A DNA stretch of 55,085 bases. Origin: Clostridia bacterium. Lineage in GTDB: Bacteria > Bacillota > Clostridia > Oscillospirales > RGIG8002. The stretch's first letter is position 1, and every line of letters starts with the position of its first letter. The position numbers and the translations under genes are program-made. Below, one piece after another: positions 42,226-51,682 of this stretch. The notes below the pieces were generated by a model. It made no database searches, was not told the origin of the DNA, and was given only the letters and a program-made list of their open reading frames with translations. The stretch spans positions 1 to 55,085 of the forward strand of contig JAFZXI010000033.1 of NCBI GenBank assembly GCA_017616855.1, given 5' to 3'.

Positions 42226-43268
42226 TGCGCCTTCGCCCCCTTTCGGACGAACTTCGCCCTGATTTTCGCCCATCTGTCGCGAAGGACTACCGGCGCGGTG
42301 GCGCGGTCGATGAGCCAGGTGAAGCAGTTCATGACGAGTATCGCGAAGCAGACCGCTTCCGGACCGCTCCCCTTATACCGCATGAACATCGTCAGCACGC
42401 CGCACCCGACGCCGAAGATTATCTTTCCGACCGGGTGGACGGGCGACGAGGAATAGTCGGTCGCCATGTATATCGCGCCGAGGAGCACGCCGCCGGACAT
42501 TATTTCGGTCAGCAGGTACTCGCCCGTCGCCATGTAGCTTACTCTGGGGAATATCAGCGCGATCAGCGCGACGGTGCCTATGTACGCCGCCGGGATATGC
42601 CAGGTTATGACGCGCGTTACGAGCAGGAGCAGGCCGCCGGCGATAAGTATGACCGCCGCGGTCTCGCCGATGCTGCCTCCGCGCTCGCCGATGAAGAGCT
42701 GGAGCAGGTCCTCCGCCGGCTGCTCGCCCGCCTTGAGCGAAGCGAGCGGAGTCGCGGAACTGATAAGATCGGGCATCGACTTAAAGAGCGGGAGCTGCGT
42801 ATGCACCGCCGGCCAGGTCGAGAAGGACGCCGGCCAGGAAAGCATCATGAACGCTCTCGCCGCAAGGGCGGGATTCATGAAGTTTCTGCCGATGCCGCCG
42901 AAGACCTGCTTGACGGCGACTATCGCGAAGACTCCGCCGACCACCGGCATCCATACCGGCAGCGACGGCGGCAGCGTGCACGCGAGGAGCACGCCCGTCA
43001 CGACGGCGGAAAGGTCGCCTATCGTGCACTTTTTCATCGTCAGCCGCTCGTAAAGCCACTCGCTGATGACGCAGGTGAGCACGCTTATCGCCGTCAGCAC
43101 GACGACGCGCGCTCCGTAATAGTAGGTCGAAAGCGCGATGACGCAGAGCAGCGGGAGCAGGACGCAGCCCATGGTGCGCGCGGTGTTCTCGTGCTCGCGG
43201 ATATGCGGCGGAAGGGTAACGGTCAGGAGCTTTTCCGGCATCGTGACCTTGTTTTCATCGTTGATCAT
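42222..43268 (-). CDS. rnfD: Rnf complex subunit D
   Basis: Start trimmed to MINDENKVTMPEKLLTV (ATGA overlap with the rnfC stop). Polytopic, NqrB/RnfD-like. Confidence 0.9.
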   Translation of the reverse strand: MINDENKVTMPEKLLTVTLPPHIREHENTARTMGCVLLPLLCVIALSTYYYGARVVVLTAISVLTCVISEWLYERLTMKKCTIGDLSAVVTGVLLACTLPPSLPVWMPVVGGVFAIVAVKQVFGGIGRNFMNPALAARAFMMLSWPASFSTWPAVHTQLPLFKSMPDLISSATPLASLKAGEQPAEDLLQLFIGERGGSIGETAAVILIAGGLLLLVTRVITWHIPAAYIGTVALIALIFPRVSYMATGEYLLTEIMSGGVLLGAIYMATDYSSSPVHPVGKIIFGVGCGVLTMFMRYKGSGPEAVCFAILVMNCFTWLIDRATAPVVLRDRWAKIRAKFVRKGAKAQ

Positions 43269-44644
43269 TTCGCCTCCGCCTCCTTTTCCTTCGCTTTCGC
43301 GGCTTTTTCTTTCGCTTCCGCTTCGGCGATGGCGACCCTCGCCTTGCCTGCGCGGATACGCGCGATAAGCGGCACCCTGCCCGTGCAGACGTAGGCGCAG
43401 CAGCCGCATTCTATGCAGTCTTTGACGTGGTAGCGCGTGAGCGCGGCGGTGTTGTTCACTTCGCCGTAGGCGGCGAAGAGGAAGGGACTTAGTCCCATCG
43501 GGCAGACGCCGACGCATTTCCCGCAGCGGATGCAGGCGCCGTCGTATTCGCCCTTGACTTCCTCCGCGGTGAAGGTGATGAGACCGGTGGTCGTCTTGGT
43601 GACCGGCGTTTCGAGCGTGCTGAGCGCCGCGCCCGTCATCGGGCCGCCGCTTATGACCTTGGCGGGATCCTCGCAGAAGCCGCCGCAGGCGGCGGCGAGC
43701 ACCGCGAAGGGCGTTCCGACGCGCGCCTCGAAGTTCTCCGGCGACTTTATGCAGCTGCCGGCGACCGTCACGGTCGTCGTGACGAGAGGCATGTTGTGGC
43801 GGCAGGCGTTATAGACCGCGGCGCAGGAGGAGACGTTGAATATAGCGGCTCCGACGTCGGCGGGGAGCTTGCCGCTCGGCACCTTCGCGTTCATAATCGC
43901 TTTTATAAGCTGTTTTTCGCCGCCCTGCGGGTACTTGACCGGCAGCTGAACGACGGTGACCTTCGCGCCGAGCGAAGCGACGGCCGCTTCGATGCATTTT
44001 ATCGCGGCGGGCTTGTTCTTTTCGATAGCGATGACGGTCACGCGCGCGTTCACCGCGCGGGAAAGCAGGACGACGCCGCGCACGACGTCCTCCGAATGCT
44101 CGACCATCACGCGGTCGTCGCAGGAAAGATACGGCTCGCATTCCGCGCCGTTGGCGATGCAGAACTCGATCGTCTTGCCGCGGCAGGAGGAAATCTTCAC
44201 CGCCGTCGGGAAGCCGGCGCCGCCCATGCCGACGATGCCTGCGTTGCGCACCGCTTCGGTAATCTCGTCCGGCGTCATCGCGTCGACGTCGCGTCCTTCG
44301 CGGTCGATCGAGGGATCGAGCTCGTCGCGTCCGTCGTTGGCGATGACTGCGCACTTGCAGAAGCCGCCGGACTGGTGCGGGATCATCTCGAAGCCCGTGA
44401 CCGTGCCGGACACGGGGGAATGTATCCTCGCGCCGAGCTTGCCCTCCGGCACTTCTCCGATGAGCTGGCCGAGCTTGACGTAATCCCCGACGTTGACGAC
44501 GGGAACGCAGGGCGCGCCGATGTGCTGACTTAACGGCACCTTCAGCGTGTCGCCCGGAGCGAGCGGCACGATGGCGCGCTCGTTCTGCGGCCGCTTGTTA
44601 TAGGGCGGATGCACGCCGCCCCGGAATCTGCTTAACTTGAGCAA
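43265..44644 (-). CDS. rnfC: Rnf complex subunit C
   Basis: TTG start 6 nt after AAGAGGTGA. GMGGAGFPT nucleotide-binding motif. CIRCGKCVGVCP and CIECGCCAYVC iron-sulfur motifs. Confidence 0.9.
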   Translation of the reverse strand: MLKLSRFRGGVHPPYNKRPQNERAIVPLAPGDTLKVPLSQHIGAPCVPVVNVGDYVKLGQLIGEVPEGKLGARIHSPVSGTVTGFEMIPHQSGGFCKCAVIANDGRDELDPSIDREGRDVDAMTPDEITEAVRNAGIVGMGGAGFPTAVKISSCRGKTIEFCIANGAECEPYLSCDDRVMVEHSEDVVRGVVLLSRAVNARVTVIAIEKNKPAAIKCIEAAVASLGAKVTVVQLPVKYPQGGEKQLIKAIMNAKVPSGKLPADVGAAIFNVSSCAAVYNACRHNMPLVTTTVTVAGSCIKSPENFEARVGTPFAVLAAACGGFCEDPAKVISGGPMTGAALSTLETPVTKTTTGLITFTAEEVKGEYDGACIRCGKCVGVCPMGLSPFLFAAYGEVNNTAALTRYHVKDCIECGCCAYVCTGRVPLIARIRAGKARVAIAEAEAKEKAAKAKEKEAEAK

Positions 44645-44687
44645 GATCTATCACCTCTTGTTAATGTTGAGGAAAATCCACTGTAAT

Positions 44688-45323
44688 TTACGCCTTAAGC
44701 GCCTCGACCGCGCCGGCGCGGTCTTCCGCTTTGAAGAAGGCAGTGCCCGCGACGAGCATATCGCAGCCGGCGTCGCGGAACTCGACGGCGTTCTTCACCG
44801 TCGCGCCGCCGTCGGCTTCGATTATAATATCTCTATCGCCGATGAGCGCCTTCGCTTCGGCAATCTTCTTTATGCATTCGGGGATCGCGCCCTGGCCTCC
44901 GAAACCGGGCTCGACCGTCATTATCAATATTAAATCCATATCGTCCAGATACGGCTCAAGCACGCTGACCGGCGTCTTCGGCTTGACGGAAACGCCCGCC
45001 TTCACGCCCGCGGCGCGTATGTAGCGCAGGTCGGCGGCCAGGTCCTCCGTCGCCTCGAAATGAACGGTGATAATGTCGCTGCCGGCGGCTATGAAATCGT
45101 CGAGGTAGCGGCAGGGTTTCTCGATCATAAGGTGCGTATCGAAGCAGAGACCGCTCGACTTCCTTATCGACTTTATCAGGACCTGCCCGAAGGTGATGTT
45201 CGGCACGAACGCGCCGTCCATCACGTCGAGATGGACCGCGTCGAGACCGAGCGCGCGGATATTTTCCAACTCCTCGCCCAGGCGGGCGAAATCCGCGGAA
45301 ATCAGCGACGGTGCGACTCTCAT
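44688..45323 (-). CDS. rpe: ribulose-phosphate 3-epimerase
   Basis: Start trimmed to MRVAPSLISADFARLGEELE (AAAGGAG SD). HLDVMDGAFVPN motif. Only 43 nt upstream of rnfC. Confidence 0.9.
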   Translation of the reverse strand: MRVAPSLISADFARLGEELENIRALGLDAVHLDVMDGAFVPNITFGQVLIKSIRKSSGLCFDTHLMIEKPCRYLDDFIAAGSDIITVHFEATEDLAADLRYIRAAGVKAGVSVKPKTPVSVLEPYLDDMDLILIMTVEPGFGGQGAIPECIKKIAEAKALIGDRDIIIEADGGATVKNAVEFRDAGCDMLVAGTAFFKAEDRAGAVEALKA

Positions 45324-45531
45324 TTGCGGCGCTCCTTTCGGTTTTCGCGTTCGCGGCGCGCGCGGGCGGCGGCCGAGGCAGTCACCGGCGCGGACGCGGG
45401 CGCGTAATCTGTTATCGGGCGGGAGCTTTCGGCTCCGCCTTTGATATATGGGGAGAGGGCGAGGCGCATGCCGCGCCCTTTCCGCGATGGGTCCGGACGC
45501 AAATCGCACTTCCCCTAATGATACATAGTAT

Positions 45532-45560
45532 ATTATAACAGATGGGAATAAAAATATCAA
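45532..45560 (-). promoter_or_regulatory. consensus sigma-A promoter of the rpe-rnf unit
   Basis: Minus strand reads TTGATA - 17 nt - TATAAT. Implies a ~200-nt GC-rich leader before rpe. Confidence 0.65.
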
Positions 45561-45610
45561 GAGGTTATTGCGCGCGCGGGCGCGTGTTTTTACTTATCAA
45601 TATATTACAG

Positions 45611-45639
45611 TTGACACTCTATACCTCAAGTGTTATACT
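45611..45639 (+). promoter_or_regulatory. consensus sigma-A promoter of the 925-aa dockerin gene (and probably tldD-pmbA-lipoprotein-pflX)
   Basis: TTGACA - 17 nt - TATACT, about 50 nt upstream of ATG 45690. Confidence 0.65.
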
Positions 45640-45689
45640 GTATTATGTAAAAATATCTCACCCTGCGGGTGACGGAAAGGACGTTTTAT

Positions 45690-48467
45690 ATGAAAAGACT
45701 CATCTGCGCAATTCTTTCACTTTGCATAATAGCCGCGGCGGTTCCCGCCTTCTTCGCCGGCGCGAAGAACATCGACCCCGGCACCGACGTCTCGGAGCAG
45801 CCGCTGTTCCGTATCGGCATAATGAGCGACCACCAGATGAACAACACGACCGGCGAAAACGCCGAGGCGCTCATCGCCGCGCTCAACGACTTCCACAACC
45901 GCGGAGTCGACGCCATCATCGAGGCGGGCGACATCGCCGACAGCAACCCGGAAACGATTTATACTTTCTATAAGCAGAAGTACAGCGAGATCATCGGCGA
46001 CGACGTCCCGCTGATAAGCGTCCCCGGCAACCACGACGTCTGGAGCGACAACTCGCTTGATATCTACCGCAGCTTCTTCGGCGAGACGAACAAGCACGTC
46101 GTCGTCGGCGGCTACCACTTCGTCGTGATTTCCGCCAACGGCAATCTCGGCACCGCCACCAACGGCAACTACGGCGTCGCCGAAAAGAACTTCGCGCGCA
46201 CCGAGCTCGCGGCCGCCGCCGCGGACACCCCCGCGGGACAGCCGATATTCGTCATCACCCACCAGCACATTTCCAACACCGTCTACGGAAGCGGCCCGAA
46301 CGCCAACTGGGCGAACGACTTCCTCTGGGGCATCATAGACAACTATCCCAACGCCGTCCACTTCTCCGGACACTCCCACTTCGTGCTTGAGGACGAGCGC
46401 TCGATATGGCAGGGCGATTTCACCGCGATCGGCACCAGCTCGATGGCGTATACCGAGCTTGAGTACGGCAAAGCCAACGGCTCCGTGCCTCCGGAGGCCT
46501 CCCTCGCGAAGCAGTATCTCTATCTGACGATCTATTCCGACCGCATCGAGATCGAGCGCATCAAGGCCGCGACGGGCAAAAAGATAAAGGATAACTGGGT
46601 GCTCGACCTGCCGCTTCAGAAATCCACCTTCAAATACACCGACGCGCGCGCGAACGACCGCATCGCCCCCTGGTTCGAGGAAGGCGCTTCCGCCGAAGCG
46701 GAAATGATAGGCAACGACATCCGCGTAACCTTCGACGCCGCGAAGCATAACGACTTCGTCCACTCCTACGGGCTGAAGCTCTATAAGAACGGCTCCTCCT
46801 CGCCCATCAAAGACATTCTGCTCTTCTCCGACTTTTACAAGGGTCTGGAGAATATGGCGAAAACCGTAAGCTGGAACTTCGACGGCGTCGCGGAGGAATA
46901 CGCTCTATACCGCCTCGAAATAACGCCTATCGAGTCATTCGGCAAGAAAGGAACTCCGCTCGTCTACGAATTCGCGAGCGTCAAGGCGCTGAGCGTCCAG
47001 CCGATGACGCGCGGCAAGCTCTACACCGTCGACTTCGCGACGGGAGAAGCGCGCAACGCCGTCAGCAACCTCGAAGTCAAACGCACCGGCGGCAGCGTCG
47101 AAAAGATCGGCGGCAAGTACGCCTACGTCCCCTCCGACGGCTCCCGTCTGACCGTGACGATGACCAACTCCTACTACACGCTTACGCTGAAGAAGCTGAC
47201 GCTTGAAGCGGCGTTCGTCACCAACGGCTTCGGCGCCGATCAGATCATCGCGTCCTGCTACTCCAACGGCGGCGTCAAGCTCTGGATAGACGCCGAAGGC
47301 AAGCTCCGCGCGACCGCGGTCAATTCGAGTAAGGCAGACGTCGAGGCCGTCAGCGAAGGCGCCGTTCCGCGCGGCGAGGTCTGCACCGCCGCCGTCACCT
47401 ACGACAACAGCGCGCTGAAGCTCTGGCTCAACGGCGAGCAGGTCGGTTCCGCCGCGATGTCCAACAAGATAAGCTACAACACCTCCGCCAAATACGGCAT
47501 CGGCTCCGCCGCGAACGGCGACAGCCCGCTCAACGGCGCGGTCTTTACGGCAAGCTTGCACTCCTCCGTGTTCACCGCGGACGAAATCAAAGCGATGCAC
47601 GACGCCCTCGCCAACGGCGATGACGTCAAGGTGATGCTGCCCGTCCTCGAGCAGCTCCGCCGCTCCGAGCTCCTCGCCGCGGCAAATCCGGGCAACGCCG
47701 TCATACTCAAGATACTCGATTACTATAACACCGAACTGAACGCGCTCGTCGATTCCGCCTACGTCACGCCCGAAATCATCTCCAAGGCGATCGCCTACCG
47801 CGACCTCGACGCCGACGTAACGAACACGAACGCCTCCAACCTCCCCTCCTACACGCAGCCGGCGATAGGCGGCGTTGCCCACGGCGACAGATACGACGTA
47901 TCCGCCGGCGAAGCACCCGCCCCGACCTTCACGAACGCCGAAACCGTCCTGCTCGACGGCGAGCCCTATACCGAGGGCTCCCCGATAGGCGAAGGCAAAC
48001 ACACCCTGCTCGCGTATAACGGCTGGCGCATGGACGGCGTGCAGTTCGAGGTCTACGACAGCACCTACTTCGCGCCGGTCGTCTACGGCGTCGAGGACGG
48101 AAAGACCTACGACGTTACGAAAGAGGAGGCCCCCGCGATAACCTGGGAGCCCGCCGAACTGACGGCGCAACTCGATAATCAGCCCTACGCCGCCGGAACG
48201 CCGGTGACCGCGGACGGCTGGCACGTATTCATGCTCTCCGACGGCAAGACCACGCTGGTCTACGCCTTCAAGATCGAGCACTCCGTCAAGGGCGACCTCG
48301 ACGGCGACGGTGAAGTCACCGTTTCCGACGCGCTCCGCGCTCTGCGCATGGCGGCGCAGCTTATCGACTCCGACGAAGCCGCCGACGTTGACGGCGACGG
48401 CGAGGTTACCGTCGCGGACGCGCTGGCTATGCTGAGAGTCGCCGTCGGACTGGTCGAAACGCTGTAA
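45690..48467 (+). CDS. secreted metallophosphoesterase - LamG-like - dockerin protein (paralog of 16473-19208)
   Basis: Start at MKRLICAILSLCIIAAAVPAFFAGA (GAAAGGA SD). Motifs GDIAD, PGNHDVW and FSGHSHF. LWLNGEQVGS LamG-like region. C-terminal GDLDGDGEVTVSDALRALRMAAQL and DVDGDGEVTVADALAMLRVAVGL. Confidence 0.85.
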   Translation: MKRLICAILSLCIIAAAVPAFFAGAKNIDPGTDVSEQPLFRIGIMSDHQMNNTTGENAEALIAALNDFHNRGVDAIIEAGDIADSNPETIYTFYKQKYSEIIGDDVPLISVPGNHDVWSDNSLDIYRSFFGETNKHVVVGGYHFVVISANGNLGTATNGNYGVAEKNFARTELAAAAADTPAGQPIFVITHQHISNTVYGSGPNANWANDFLWGIIDNYPNAVHFSGHSHFVLEDERSIWQGDFTAIGTSSMAYTELEYGKANGSVPPEASLAKQYLYLTIYSDRIEIERIKAATGKKIKDNWVLDLPLQKSTFKYTDARANDRIAPWFEEGASAEAEMIGNDIRVTFDAAKHNDFVHSYGLKLYKNGSSSPIKDILLFSDFYKGLENMAKTVSWNFDGVAEEYALYRLEITPIESFGKKGTPLVYEFASVKALSVQPMTRGKLYTVDFATGEARNAVSNLEVKRTGGSVEKIGGKYAYVPSDGSRLTVTMTNSYYTLTLKKLTLEAAFVTNGFGADQIIASCYSNGGVKLWIDAEGKLRATAVNSSKADVEAVSEGAVPRGEVCTAAVTYDNSALKLWLNGEQVGSAAMSNKISYNTSAKYGIGSAANGDSPLNGAVFTASLHSSVFTADEIKAMHDALANGDDVKVMLPVLEQLRRSELLAAANPGNAVILKILDYYNTELNALVDSAYVTPEIISKAIAYRDLDADVTNTNASNLPSYTQPAIGGVAHGDRYDVSAGEAPAPTFTNAETVLLDGEPYTEGSPIGEGKHTLLAYNGWRMDGVQFEVYDSTYFAPVVYGVEDGKTYDVTKEEAPAITWEPAELTAQLDNQPYAAGTPVTADGWHVFMLSDGKTTLVYAFKIEHSVKGDLDGDGEVTVSDALRALRMAAQLIDSDEAADVDGDGEVTVADALAMLRVAVGLVETL

Positions 48468-48479
48468 GAAAATGAATTG

Positions 48480-48684
48480 CTCGCCTTACGGCTCGCATGA
48501 TTTGGCTTCGCCGTGATTTGATTGCTTCGCAATCATAATTTGCCGCCGCAGGCGGCATTAAGGAACAAATTGCCGCAGGCAATTTGAACAATTATGTCGC
48601 GCGGGGCGCGACAAATCATGCGCCGCAGGCGCAAATCATGACGTCAAAGACGTCAAATCATGCAAGCGCGGCTTGCAAATCATC
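48480..48684. repeat. hairpin/linker array 4 (centre hairpin 48566-48586)
   Basis: Left arm with CATGATTTG/GTGATTTG/CATAATTTG linkers. Centre caaattgcc-gca-ggcaatttg + AACAATTATG. Right arm tcgcgc-ggg-gcgcga, cgcc-gca-ggcg, acgtc-aaa-gacgt, caagc-gcg-gcttg, each followed by CAAATCAT(G/C). Confidence 0.9.
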
Positions 48685-48726
48685 GGCATACATCCTCACT
48701 CTGCAACGAAAGGAAAACACAACCTT

Positions 48727-50112
48727 ATGCTCAACGACATCATAACCCCGTTCCGCGCCGGTTTCGCTTCCGACGCGCACACCGAGCTGCGCCTGCACCG
48801 CAACACGAGGCGCGGAGTCGCACTGCTTTCCGGCAGCCTCGTAAGCAACGAGCGCACCGAACATTCCGGCGTTTCCGCCCGCGTCTACCGCGGCGGCGTA
48901 TACGGTCTCGCCGCAGACAGCGGCGCCGATCCCGAAAGCATCACCGCCGTCCTCAAAGCCGCGGATGAAAACGCGCGCTTCATGAACTCCCGCGCCGGAC
49001 GCGGCAAGCCCGCGCTCCCCGCGCTTGAAGGCGGCAGCATCGACTCCGCGAAGCCCTACGACGACGTCCCGCAGAGCGTGATGATTGAGTTCGCCAAGCA
49101 GCTCGACGACTATATCGTCAAGAACTGCCCGAAGCTGACCAGCCGCTACGTTACGGTCCGCTGCGACTCGATGGAGAAGCTGCTTCGCGTCGATAACGGC
49201 TTCGACAGCCACTCGCTGATGCCGCGCTCCTTCATCTACCTCGACTTCTCCGCCGAGACCGATGCCGGCGTCACCGTCGAGCTATACGACGTGACCGGCG
49301 GTTACGGCGGCTTCGCCGACAACTTCACCGATCCGGCGCTGCTCTACCCCTTCGTCGACCGGCTCTACAAGCGCATAATGGAGAAGCGCGAGGGCGTCTA
49401 CGCCGACGCCGGAGAGCGCACCTGCATACTCGGCGCCGAGGTCGCGGGCATCCTTGCCCACGAAGCGGTCGGACACACGACCGAAGCCGACCTCGTGCTC
49501 GGCGGCTCCGTCGCCGGCCCGAACCTGCACAAGCGCGTCGCTTCCGACAAGATAACCCTCGTCGACTACGCGCACACGACCCCGCAGGGTGTTGCTCCGC
49601 TGCCGATCTACGTCGACGACGAAGGCACCCCCGCCTCCGACGAGCTTATCATCGACAAGGGCATCCTCGTCGGCTACATGAACAGCCGCGAGACCGCGCA
49701 GCACTTCGGCATGACGCCGCACGGCAACGCGCGCGCCTACTCCTTCATGGACGAGCCGCTGATTCGCATGCGCAACACCGCGATCCTGCCCGGCACGGAC
49801 AAGCTCGAGGATATGATTGCCTCCGTCGACGACGGCTACTACTTCATGACGACGAACAACGGCCAGGCGGATACGACCGGCGAATTCATGTTCGGCATCC
49901 CCTTCGGCTACGAAATCAAAAACGGCAAGCTCGGGCGCGCGATACTCGATACTACGATCACCGGCGTCGCCTTCGAGATGCTGAAGACCGCGGATATGGT
50001 CTCCGACCGTATGGACTGGACCTGCTCCGGTATGTGCGGCAAAAAGCAGCCGATGCCGGTCGGAATGGGCGGCCCGGATATCCGCTGCCGCATAATGGTT
50101 GGAGGTAGATAA
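48727..50112 (+). CDS. tldD: TldD-family metalloprotease
   Basis: Start trimmed to MLNDIITPF (AAAGGAAAA SD). HEAVGHTTEAD zinc motif. Confidence 0.85.
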   Translation: MLNDIITPFRAGFASDAHTELRLHRNTRRGVALLSGSLVSNERTEHSGVSARVYRGGVYGLAADSGADPESITAVLKAADENARFMNSRAGRGKPALPALEGGSIDSAKPYDDVPQSVMIEFAKQLDDYIVKNCPKLTSRYVTVRCDSMEKLLRVDNGFDSHSLMPRSFIYLDFSAETDAGVTVELYDVTGGYGGFADNFTDPALLYPFVDRLYKRIMEKREGVYADAGERTCILGAEVAGILAHEAVGHTTEADLVLGGSVAGPNLHKRVASDKITLVDYAHTTPQGVAPLPIYVDDEGTPASDELIIDKGILVGYMNSRETAQHFGMTPHGNARAYSFMDEPLIRMRNTAILPGTDKLEDMIASVDDGYYFMTTNNGQADTTGEFMFGIPFGYEIKNGKLGRAILDTTITGVAFEMLKTADMVSDRMDWTCSGMCGKKQPMPVGMGGPDIRCRIMVGGR

Positions 50113-50113
50113 A

Positions 50114-51418
50114 ATGAATAAAGACAAACTGAACAACGCTGCCGAATACGCGCTTCAGGCGCTGAAAAACGCCGGCGCGGAAAAAGCGAAGGCCACCGTC
50201 TTCGGCGGCAGCACCACTGAATTCAATATTGACGGCGGCGAGTTCTCGCTGATGCGCACAATCTTCAACGAGGGTCTCGGCGTCGACGTCATAACCGGCG
50301 GACGCAAGGGGGCCGCCTCCACGAACGCGATCGACCGCGAAAGCATCGACGGCGTAGTCGCCGACGCGATGACCGCTGCCGAAAGCGGCGAGCCCGATCC
50401 CGCATGGGACATCGCCCCTTATGCTGAGCCGCGCGACTTCCCCGGCGGCGTGCTCGAGTTCGACAAGGACGCGCTTTTCGACGCCGTCCGCAAGCTTAAG
50501 GACGACATCGCGAAGGGCTGGCCGAACATCCTCATCGAACAGCTCATCGCCTCCTACCACCGCGATTACAGCGTGAAAATGAACTCCAACGGCGTCTGCT
50601 ACACCGGCGAATCCGGCCGCTACGAGGTCGGGCTGATGTTCTCCGCTCACGAGGGAGATAAGGCGTCCTCCTTCTTCGGCAGCGGCGTCCGCTTCACCGA
50701 TCCGACGCAGCCGCTTATCGACATGGGCTCGATACGTGCCGACCTCGACGCCGTCGCTAAGCAGGTCGACCCGCGCACCTTCGAGGGCAAGTTCGACGGC
50801 ACGCTCGTGCTGACGCCCGCGATGTTCGGTGAGTTTATCTACCTCGCGATGGGCAACTTCACCTCCGACGGCGTGATAATCGAGGGCACCTCGCCCTGGA
50901 AGGACAAGCTCGGCAAGCAGGTAGCGGACCCGCGGCTGAACGTCCGCGTCGCTCCGCTCGATCCCGCGATCGTCTGCGCCGAACGCGTCACCGGCGACCT
51001 TTTCGTCAGCGAGGACTACGACTTCATCAAGGACGGCGTACTGCAATGCTTCCCGCTCTCGCTCTACGCCTCCAACAAGACCGGCTTTGACCGCGCGAAA
51101 AACTCCTCCGGCGCGCTGATCGTCCCCGCGGGCGACCGGTCGCTCGACGAAATCATCGCCGGTATCGACAAGGGACTGCTGCTCGGACGCTTCTCCGGCG
51201 GACAGCCCGGAACGAACGGAGACTTCTCCGGCGTCGCCAAAAACAGCTTCCTTATCGAAAACGGCAAGGTCACCGACGCCGTCAGCGAGATAATGATAAA
51301 CGGCAACCTCGCCGACGTCCTGATGAACCTGCGCGGCATTTCCCGCGAACGCGTCGCCGACGGCGGCACCGTGCTGCCCTACGCCGCGTTTGACGGAGTA
51401 ACCGTGACGGGAAAATAA
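50114..51418 (+). CDS. pmbA: PmbA/TldE-family protein (TldD partner)
   Basis: Start at MNKDKLNNAAEYAL, 8 nt after GGAGG. Homologous fold to TldD but without the HExxxH motif. Confidence 0.8.
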   Translation: MNKDKLNNAAEYALQALKNAGAEKAKATVFGGSTTEFNIDGGEFSLMRTIFNEGLGVDVITGGRKGAASTNAIDRESIDGVVADAMTAAESGEPDPAWDIAPYAEPRDFPGGVLEFDKDALFDAVRKLKDDIAKGWPNILIEQLIASYHRDYSVKMNSNGVCYTGESGRYEVGLMFSAHEGDKASSFFGSGVRFTDPTQPLIDMGSIRADLDAVAKQVDPRTFEGKFDGTLVLTPAMFGEFIYLAMGNFTSDGVIIEGTSPWKDKLGKQVADPRLNVRVAPLDPAIVCAERVTGDLFVSEDYDFIKDGVLQCFPLSLYASNKTGFDRAKNSSGALIVPAGDRSLDEIIAGIDKGLLLGRFSGGQPGTNGDFSGVAKNSFLIENGKVTDAVSEIMINGNLADVLMNLRGISRERVADGGTVLPYAAFDGVTVTGK

Positions 51419-51420
51419 CG

Positions 51421-51666
51421 GCGCGCCGCAGGCGCGCATGATTTGCTCGCCCGACGGCTCGCGTGATTTGGCTTCGCCATGATTTGCGCCTGCGGCGCAT
51501 GATTTGCACCTTCGGTGCATTATTGAGCAAATTGCCGCAGGCAATTTGAACGATCATGTCGCGCGAGGCGCGACAAATCATGATTGCGGAGCAATCAAAT
51601 CATGAACGCGAAGCGTTCAAATCATGCAAACGGCAGACCGTTTGCAAATCATGCACGCGAAGCGTG
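51421..51666. repeat. hairpin/linker array 5 (centre hairpin 51528-51548)
   Basis: Five hairpins with (C)ATGATTTG/GTGATTTG linkers. Centre caaattgcc-gca-ggcaatttg + AACGATCATG. Then five hairpins (tcgcgc-gag-gcgcga, attgc-gga-gcaat, aacgc-gaa-gcgtt, caaacgg-caga-ccgtttg, cacgc-gaa-gcgtg) joined by CAAATCATG linkers. Confidence 0.9.
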
Positions 51667-51682
51667 CTAAAGGAGACGACCC

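Noticed and set aside
44688-45560. 290-aa version of the rpe ORF
   Set aside because: The first 79 codons translate the GC-rich leader (RARVRAGDCLGRRPRAPRTRKPK). The conserved Rpe N-terminus MRVAPSLISADF, with an AAAGGAG SD, starts at 45323.
45570-45591. GC hairpin (gcgcgc-gcgg-gcgcgt) followed by TTTTT on the plus strand as a terminator
   Set aside because: It lies between the two divergent promoters (45560 and 45611), with no plus-strand gene upstream to terminate. It may be incidental or an insulator, and I cannot support a call.
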